Origin: Candidatus Shapirobacteria bacterium
GTDB lineage: Bacteria > Patescibacteriota > Microgenomatia > UBA12405
Reading direction: 5' to 3'
NCBI GenBank assembly: GCA_041661765.1
Contig: JBAZTV010000001.1
Location: forward strand, 231,983 to 295,982
Length of the DNA stretch: 64,000 bases
This document shows, one piece after another, positions 57,680 through 64,000 of the stretch. The notes beneath the pieces are model-generated. The model was not told the DNA's origin. It saw nothing but the letters and a program-made list of their open reading frames with translations, and did no database searches. A program made the translations under genes and the position numbers. Positions within the stretch are counted from its first letter, which is position 1. Each line of letters starts with the position of its first letter.

Positions 57680-59416
57680 ATGACTCAAAATTTCTCCACC
57701 ATTAAAATTGCCGGTCCAGCTGGTTCTGGCATTAAATCCGCCGGTCAAGTTTTTTCCAAACTTCTAATCGACCATGGCTACAATTTAGTTGACTACAGTG
57801 AATATCCATCCCTAGTTCGCGGTGGTCATAACACTTATCAAATTACCTTTTCCAACGAAAAAGTTTTTGCCGCTCATTTTAATGTCGACTTATTTTTTTC
57901 AGTCTATCCAAATCATTGGCAACCACATCAATCAGAATTTACTAAATCAACTTTAGTTTTTTCTGAAGAAGATTTTTCCACCGTCAAATCGAAAGCCACG
58001 TTTATTAAATTACCTCTAAAGGAAATGGCTGACCAAGTCGGTAGTCCTTTAGTTATTAATACCCTCTGCTTGGGTATCGCTACTTATATTTATGGTCTAG
58101 ATGTCCAAAAAGCCAAAGACCTTATTTGTGAGGCCTATCAAAAATATTGCGAAATAAATTTAAATGCCTTTAATATTGCCTATTCTTACGCAGAAAAGAA
58201 TTTCTCTAAATTTCAAATTAAAATAAAAAAACCTACAAAAATTGTCAAAATGGGGTTTAACGAAGGAAACGAAGCTTCTGGTTGGGGATTTATTAAAGGT
58301 GGTGGTAGTTTTTATGCCGCTTATCCCATGACTCCAGCCACTGGTATTCTTCATTTTTTAGCCAACAAACAAACAGAATTTAAATTAACCGTCGTTCACC
58401 CCGAAGACGAAATTGCCGCCGCCAATATGGCTGCTGGCGCTGCCTTTGTTGGTGCCCGATCGGCCACTGGCACTTCTGGTGGTGGTTTTGCCCTTATGAA
58501 TGAAGCCGTCAGTTTCTGTGGCATCGCCGAAATTGGTATGGTTTATTATTTAGTTTCCCGCCCCGGTCCGGCTACCGGTCTTCCCACTTGGACTAGCCAA
58601 GGTGATCTTCTTCACGCCATTTATTCCGGCCACGGTGAATTTCCCAAAGTGGTTTTGGCTCCCGGCGATGTTAATGAATCCTTTGAATTAAGCCACATCG
58701 CTCTCGATTTAGCGGCTCAACTCCAAACCCCAATCATAGTTGTCAGTGATAAATTAATCGGTGAATCCAGCTCCAGTACCAAATATTTTCCCGACATTAA
58801 GGTAAAAATCAACAAAGGTAAAATCTTAAACGAAATTGAAGGCGATGATTTTAAAAGGTATGCTTTTACCAAAGACGGCATTTCTCCAGTTTCTCTTCCC
58901 GGAACTCCCGGAGGCGAATTTATGGCCAACAGCTACGAACATGATGAATTTGGTTTTTCCACCGAAGATGCTGTCCTTTCCGAAAAAATGTTTCAAAAGC
59001 GAATGTTAAAAACCAAAACAGCTCTTAAAATTTGTCCCAAGGCCAATTTTTTTGGTTCTAAAAAAGCCAAAAAACTAATTATCGGTTGGGGCTCTCCCAA
59101 AGGGGCCATTTTGGAAGCCTTAAAATTGATGGACAACAGAGAAGATTTTGCCTTTTTACAATTAAAAACTCTTTGGCCAATTAATCCTGAAATTCAAACT
59201 ATTATTAATGCTTTTAAAGAAACCATCGTTATTGAAAATAATGGAACTAATCAATTAGTAACCGTTCTTAAATCTCAATTTGATTTCAATCCGACCAAAA
59301 TCATTAATAAAAATGATGGCCGTCCTTTCTTTCCCGAAGAAATAATTAAATTATTAGAAAGTCGCCCTGTCAAGGGAGATGCCCGAAGGGCAGAGGGTTT
59401 AAACATTAAAAAATAA
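57680..59416 (+). CDS. korA: 2-oxoacid:ferredoxin oxidoreductase, fused gamma/alpha subunit
   Basis: N-terminal gamma-type 'IKIAGPAGSGIKSAGQ', then the alpha domain 'GNEAS...AAYPMTPAT'. Confidence 0.8.
   Translation: MTQNFSTIKIAGPAGSGIKSAGQVFSKLLIDHGYNLVDYSEYPSLVRGGHNTYQITFSNEKVFAAHFNVDLFFSVYPNHWQPHQSEFTKSTLVFSEEDFSTVKSKATFIKLPLKEMADQVGSPLVINTLCLGIATYIYGLDVQKAKDLICEAYQKYCEINLNAFNIAYSYAEKNFSKFQIKIKKPTKIVKMGFNEGNEASGWGFIKGGGSFYAAYPMTPATGILHFLANKQTEFKLTVVHPEDEIAAANMAAGAAFVGARSATGTSGGGFALMNEAVSFCGIAEIGMVYYLVSRPGPATGLPTWTSQGDLLHAIYSGHGEFPKVVLAPGDVNESFELSHIALDLAAQLQTPIIVVSDKLIGESSSSTKYFPDIKVKINKGKILNEIEGDDFKRYAFTKDGISPVSLPGTPGGEFMANSYEHDEFGFSTEDAVLSEKMFQKRMLKTKTALKICPKANFFGSKKAKKLIIGWGSPKGAILEALKLMDNREDFAFLQLKTLWPINPEIQTIINAFKETIVIENNGTNQLVTVLKSQFDFNPTKIINKNDGRPFFPEEIIKLLESRPVKGDARRAEGLNIKK
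59362..59398 (+). repeat. Copy 4 (diverged) of the two-hairpin repeat, overlapping the last codons of korA
   Basis: CGCCCTGTCAAGGGAGATGCCCGAAGGGCAGAGGGTTT. It encodes '...PVKGDARRAEGL' at the korA C-terminus. Confidence 0.55.
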
Positions 59417-59419
59417 CTT

Positions 59420-60040
59420 ATGATAAATTATCGCTCCAATATCACTCCAACTTTTTGTCCAGGTTGTCACAACTTCTCAGTTTTTGCTGCCATGCAGTCA
59501 GCTTTTAATGATTTAAATTTAAAAACTTCCGATCTAGTCATTAACTTTGACATTGGTTGTGTCGGCAACATGGCTGATTTTTTCAAAACTTATGCCGTTC
59601 ACACTCTCCACGGTCGATCTATCACCACTGCTATGGGTGAAAAATTAGCCAATCCTAATCTTACTGTTTGTGCCATTGGTGGTGACGGTGGAATTTATGG
59701 TGAAGGTTTAAATCACTTAATTGCCGCAGCTAGGGCCAATATTGATATTACTGTTTTTGTTTCCAATAATTTTCTTTACAGTTTAACCACTGGCCAAACC
59801 AGCCCCACTACTCCAAAAGGAGCTAGAACTAAATCAACTCCATTAGGCAATGTCAGCGAACCTCTCGATATTGTCAAAGTTTTAAAATCGGTTAATTCAA
59901 ATATTTTTGTCAAATCAGTTGATGCTAAAGATATCCAAGAGGTCACTAAAAACTTTAAAGAAGCCCTTGAATTCAAAGGTTTTTCTATTGTCGAAACTCG
60001 TCAAGAATGTGTCGCTTTTGGTAAACAATTAAAAGGATAA
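59420..60040 (+). CDS. korB: 2-oxoacid:ferredoxin oxidoreductase beta (TPP-binding) subunit, short form
   Basis: 'CPGCHNF', 'GGDGG', TPP-binding region. 206 aa. Confidence 0.75.
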   Translation: MINYRSNITPTFCPGCHNFSVFAAMQSAFNDLNLKTSDLVINFDIGCVGNMADFFKTYAVHTLHGRSITTAMGEKLANPNLTVCAIGGDGGIYGEGLNHLIAAARANIDITVFVSNNFLYSLTTGQTSPTTPKGARTKSTPLGNVSEPLDIVKVLKSVNSNIFVKSVDAKDIQEVTKNFKEALEFKGFSIVETRQECVAFGKQLKG

Positions 60041-60042
60041 TT

Positions 60043-60465
60043 ATGGTTGATTTAATCTCGTCGGTGGATGTCCCTAATAATTGGGAAGAATTTGTTAAAT
60101 TAAAACCTATCTTGCCATTTTGTATTGCTGAAGTTTCTCGTTTATCTGAAGACCTTCATTTTCATCGTATTTATATTGAATTAGTTTCAAAAGAAATCAG
60201 ATTAGAAATACTTGAAAAATTAATTGGAAATAATGATGTTTGTCTGATTAAAAATAATTTTCCCTACACTCGTCTTTTGCAAAATTTACCTAAAGTAAAA
60301 CATTGTTGTCTATGGTCAAGAAAAGGTAAATTATCACCAAAAATTATCGAAAAGGAAATCAAAAAAACTTTTCCCAATAATGATTTTTTTTGGTTTGAAA
60401 ATACAGAAGTAATTAAATCTGTCCCTGAAATCTGGCATTGTCACGTCTTTATCAAATTAAATTAA
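60043..60465 (+). CDS. Hypothetical protein
   Basis: ORF only, 140 aa, C-terminal 'WHCHVFI'. Confidence 0.35.
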   Translation: MVDLISSVDVPNNWEEFVKLKPILPFCIAEVSRLSEDLHFHRIYIELVSKEIRLEILEKLIGNNDVCLIKNNFPYTRLLQNLPKVKHCCLWSRKGKLSPKIIEKEIKKTFPNNDFFWFENTEVIKSVPEIWHCHVFIKLN

Positions 60466-61211
60466 ATTTTTCTGGCAATTATTGTCATAAATAAAGGGAA
60501 TTCATTTCTAGCTCTATCTTCTACTTTTGCATTAGATCCAGTACTTTTTTTATCACTAATCCATTCTTCAATCTTTTCAATACAAAATCCGTTATCAAAA
60601 AGCATTTCACTGTAAGCCGACAGGGGATAGTGGTATGACCAAGTATTAGCACTTTCTTTTTTTCCTGGATGAGCCACGATCGGAATTTCTTGCGGTGTCA
60701 TATAATCATCAATTCGGCGATATTGAATTTTATTTTCTAAATCATTTTCCCAAGAACTGTGGCGGGGGATTCTAAAAACCGGATGATTCAAAACAATCAC
60801 CAATCGTCCGCCTTTTTTTAAATGTTTAGCAAAATTTCTAATCACTCCAAATGGTTTTTTAATATTTTGCAAAGCCAAAACAATTGCTCCAGCATCAAAA
60901 TCAGTTTTATTGGTTGGCAAATCTTTACTTACATCAGCTAACAAAAATCTATGATTTAGATTTGTTTTTTTATCAATTGCCTCTCTAATTAAATTATTAG
61001 CTAAATCAATCCCCACATATTCAATATTTTTATCAAAATTTCTCTCTAAAACTCCCTGCCCACAGGCTAAATCTAAAAGTGATTCTTTTTCTTTTAATTT
61101 CAAAATTCTTTTCAAATTCGGCATTATTATATGTTGATGGTAATAATGTCCTTCATCTCCAACCGCTTTGTTGTACCATTTACTGACTTTCTGCCAAGAA
61201 TTATTGTTCAT
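60462..61211 (-). CDS. Class I SAM-dependent methyltransferase
   Basis: 'LLDLACGQGVL' motif I. Confidence 0.7.
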   Translation of the reverse strand: MNNNSWQKVSKWYNKAVGDEGHYYHQHIIMPNLKRILKLKEKESLLDLACGQGVLERNFDKNIEYVGIDLANNLIREAIDKKTNLNHRFLLADVSKDLPTNKTDFDAGAIVLALQNIKKPFGVIRNFAKHLKKGGRLVIVLNHPVFRIPRHSSWENDLENKIQYRRIDDYMTPQEIPIVAHPGKKESANTWSYHYPLSAYSEMLFDNGFCIEKIEEWISDKKSTGSNAKVEDRARNEFPLFMTIIARKI

Positions 61212-61809
61212 ATTTTTTATTTAATTTTTCAAAAACCATATCCCAATTAACCAATTGCCACCATTTTTCTATATATTCAGCTCTATTATTAATGTAATCT
61301 AGGTAATAGGCATGTTCCCACACATCAATTACTAATAAAATTTTAGCTTCGTTGATTCCCAATAAATTATGTTTTTCCAACTGTCCAATTAGTAAATTTC
61401 CGTCTCTGTCTTGCCAAAGTGCCGCCCATCCAGAACCCTCAACTGTAGCTGCTGCCACATTAAATTCTTTTCTAAATTTTTCAAAAGATCCAAAATGTTT
61501 TTCAATTATTTTATTCAATTCTTCACTTGGTAAATTATTTTCTTTAGGCGAATTCATAAATTGCCAACACATTTCATGTAATATCGCCCCATTATAATTA
61601 AAACTATAATCTCGCATTACTTCTCTTAAATTTCCTTCAATTTCACCCAATCTTATTTTTTCAATTTTTTCCAATGCCACATTAGCTCCATTCACATATG
61701 CTGCCTGATGTTTATCGTGATGTAGAGTTACTATTTTTTCGGAAATAATTGGCTCTAATGCATTATAGGAATAAGGGAGCACTGGGAGTATTAGTTTGTT
61801 GTTTGTCAT
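61201..61809 (-). CDS. sodA: Fe/Mn superoxide dismutase
   Basis: 'LPYSYNALEP...HHDKHQAAYV', 'DVWEHAYY'. Confidence 0.9.
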   Translation of the reverse strand: MTNNKLILPVLPYSYNALEPIISEKIVTLHHDKHQAAYVNGANVALEKIEKIRLGEIEGNLREVMRDYSFNYNGAILHEMCWQFMNSPKENNLPSEELNKIIEKHFGSFEKFRKEFNVAAATVEGSGWAALWQDRDGNLLIGQLEKHNLLGINEAKILLVIDVWEHAYYLDYINNRAEYIEKWWQLVNWDMVFEKLNKKYEQ

Positions 61810-61865
61810 AATTTAATATATTATTACTTAAGTATCTCATTGTTTTTTAAAAAAATATTAAATTT

Positions 61866-62507
61866 ATGAAAATCAATAAAATTGCAGTAATTTTTCCTGT
61901 TGTTTTAATAATTATTTCTTTTTTCATTGCCATTTATTTTTATCCAGTTTTTCCTGACCAGGTCGCCACTCATTGGGGTATCGATAATCAAGTCAATGGT
62001 TATTCTTCCAAAGCCTTAGGTCTTTTCTTTATGCCAGTTTTATCAGTTTTTTTATTTTTCCTTTTCATTTCATTGCCTAAAATCGACCCTTACAAAAAAA
62101 ATTTTGATCAATTCAAAAACTATTTTCAAAATTTTATTAATATCGTCTTTGCTTTTTTGTTCTATGTTTACTTATTAACTATAATTTGGAATTTAGATTT
62201 TCATTTCAATATGATCCAAATTCTTTCTCCAGGTTTCGCGATCCTTTTTTATTATGCCGGAGTTTTAACCTCTAATGCCAAACGTAATTGGTTTGTTGGC
62301 ATTCGCACTCCTTGGACTATGTCCAGTGAATTAGTTTGGGATAAAACTCACCAAATTGGCGGAGAACTTTTCAAACTAACTGGCCTCATTTCTTTATTAT
62401 CATTATTATTTCCAAATTTAGCCATATTTTTTATTCTAATGCCAATTGTTTTTACTACTGCCTTTATTTTTGTCTATTCTTATTTGGAATATAAAAAAAT
62501 AAATTAA
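61866..62507 (+). CDS. SdpI/YhfL-like (DUF1648) membrane protein
   Basis: 'VFPDQVATHWGIDNQVNGY', four transmembrane segments. Confidence 0.5.
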   Translation: MKINKIAVIFPVVLIIISFFIAIYFYPVFPDQVATHWGIDNQVNGYSSKALGLFFMPVLSVFLFFLFISLPKIDPYKKNFDQFKNYFQNFINIVFAFLFYVYLLTIIWNLDFHFNMIQILSPGFAILFYYAGVLTSNAKRNWFVGIRTPWTMSSELVWDKTHQIGGELFKLTGLISLLSLLFPNLAIFFILMPIVFTTAFIFVYSYLEYKKIN

Positions 62508-62546
62508 TATCAAAAAATCACTATAGGTTGCGGTATAATTAATCAA

Positions 62547-63305
62547 ATGATTATTATTAAAACTCCAGCCCAAATTGACGGCATTAGAAAATCGTCTAAA
62601 TTAGCGGCAGAGACTTTAAAATATCTTTCCAAATTTGTCAAACCGGGAATCTCCACTGAAAAATTAAACGAGCTTGGTCATCAATTTATTATTAACCATA
62701 AAGCCATTCCTGCTCCTCTAAATTACAATGGTTTTACTAAGAGTATTTGCACCTCAATCAACAATGTTGTTTGCCATGGTATTCCTTGTTCAAATGAAAT
62801 TTTAAAAGAAGGGGATATTATTAATCTTGATATCACAACTATTTTGAATGGTTATTTTGGCGATGTTTCGGCAACTTTTCCAGTTGGCACAATCAGTCCT
62901 GAAGCCCAAGATTTAATCGATACTGCCAAAAAATGTCTTAATGATTCAATAAAATCCCTAAAACCAGGCAAATTATTAAATGACTGTGTCGGAAAAATAA
63001 TTGAGCCAATCGTTAAAAAGAAGAATTTCAGTATTGTCCGCGAACTTGGCGGTCATGGTGTTGGTATTCATTTTCATGAAGAACCCTTCGTTTTTCATTT
63101 CAATACTAATCAAGAAAAAGTAATTCTAAAAGAGGGGATGATTTTTACTATCGAACCCATGATAAATGCTTCACCAAATTGTCAAATTACATTTGATCGT
63201 CGTGATGGCTGGACAATTCGAACTCTCGATTGTTCTTTGTCAGCCCAATTTGAACATACAATTTTAATTACCAAAACCGGTTCAGAAATTCTTACTAAGT
63301 TATAA
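62547..63305 (+). CDS. map: Methionine aminopeptidase, type I
   Basis: 'KTPAQIDGIRKS', metal ligands 'DITT...D', 'HGVGIHFHE', 'FTIEPM'. Confidence 0.9.
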   Translation: MIIIKTPAQIDGIRKSSKLAAETLKYLSKFVKPGISTEKLNELGHQFIINHKAIPAPLNYNGFTKSICTSINNVVCHGIPCSNEILKEGDIINLDITTILNGYFGDVSATFPVGTISPEAQDLIDTAKKCLNDSIKSLKPGKLLNDCVGKIIEPIVKKKNFSIVRELGGHGVGIHFHEEPFVFHFNTNQEKVILKEGMIFTIEPMINASPNCQITFDRRDGWTIRTLDCSLSAQFEHTILITKTGSEILTKL

Positions 63306-63311
63306 TAATCC

Positions 63312-64000
63312 ATGATAATTCTCGACGGCAAAGTCACTTCTCAAAAAATAATGGATTCTCTCAAAATCGAGGTTTCTAATTTAGATTTTATTCCAACATT
63401 AGACATAATTATTGTTGGCAACGATCCTTCTAGTCAAAAATATGTCGCCATGAAACAAGAAAAAGCTCAAAGTATTGGCATTGGTGGAAAAATTCATCAA
63501 CTCAATCAAGATTCGACCACTGAAGAAGTTTTGTCTTTAGTTGAAAATTTAAATCATGATCCAGAAGTGAATGCTTTCATGGTTCAACTCCCGCTTCCAC
63601 CTCAAATCGATACTCAAAAAGTACTATCATTTATTGATCCGAAAAAGGATGCTGACGGCCTTAGTCCTTTTAATTTAGGTCTTCTTTTTCAAAAAAAATC
63701 TATCGGAATTGCCTCCGCAACTGCTCTTGGAATTATTCTCTTATTAGAAGAGTACCAAATTGATATTAGCGGTAAAAACGCGGTAATCATTGGTCGTAGT
63801 CCAGAAGTTTCAATCCCATTATTTGCCTTACTTATGGCCAAAAACGCCACAGTTACCATTTGTCATACCAAAACCCAGAATCTAAAAGAAATTTGTCAAC
63901 AAGCTGATATTTTAATTTCCTCCATTGGTAAGCCAAATTTCTTTGGCAAAGATTTTATTAAAGAAGGCGCTGTTATTGTTGATGTTGGTTTTGTTGCCGA
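63312..64000 (+). CDS. folD: Bifunctional methylenetetrahydrofolate dehydrogenase/cyclohydrolase; 3' end is outside the window
   Basis: 'MIILDGKVTSQKI', 'IIVGNDPSSQKYV', 'VIIGRSPEVSIPLFALLMAKNATVTICHT'. Confidence 0.85.
   Translation, partial: MIILDGKVTSQKIMDSLKIEVSNLDFIPTLDIIIVGNDPSSQKYVAMKQEKAQSIGIGGKIHQLNQDSTTEEVLSLVENLNHDPEVNAFMVQLPLPPQIDTQKVLSFIDPKKDADGLSPFNLGLLFQKKSIGIASATALGIILLLEEYQIDISGKNAVIIGRSPEVSIPLFALLMAKNATVTICHTKTQNLKEICQQADILISSIGKPNFFGKDFIKEGAVIVDVGFVA

Noticed and set aside
1-64000. Searched for CRISPR arrays and rRNA genes.
   Set aside because: No regularly spaced direct repeats and no conserved rRNA segments were seen anywhere in the window.

Overview
This window is AT-rich with short, densely packed genes. 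That overall look resembles a reduced Patescibacteria/CPR-type genome, but the taxonomic guess is inference only. About 50 kb is housekeeping, with identifications of varying confidence: dnaG, rpoD, dapB, glmS, queA, mscL, pyrG, rarA, map, folD, sodA, korAB, a P-type ATPase, an Nramp transporter, a DEAD-box helicase and a tandem GH130-like pair. The remaining ~11 kb (about 4.7-16.1 kb) looks like an accessory/defence island directly downstream of a tRNA-Asn(GTT). It carries, in order: four uncharacterised ORFs, the first with a PD-(D/E)xK nuclease signature; a large serine recombinase; two orphan genes; an OLD-family ATPase/Toprim nuclease plus a UvrD-like helicase (Gabija-like GajA/GajB); an XRE regulator; a zinc-ribbon protein; and a cytosine-5 DNA methyltransferase with a candidate restriction partner. 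Other items: a ParD/ParE-like toxin-antitoxin pair after a NUDIX gene; an ArsR/thioredoxin-like/permease/CcdA thiol-metal cluster; a phosphoribosyltransferase-Prs fusion; a REP-associated tyrosine transposase (RAYT)-like gene with a perfect 30-bp palindrome both upstream of it and inside its reading frame; and a family of ~40-nt two-hairpin repeats at gene 3' ends, two copies identical and flanking the DEAD-box helicase gene. No CRISPR array or rRNA was seen. All calls rest on motif-level reading of the supplied translations; no searches were run.
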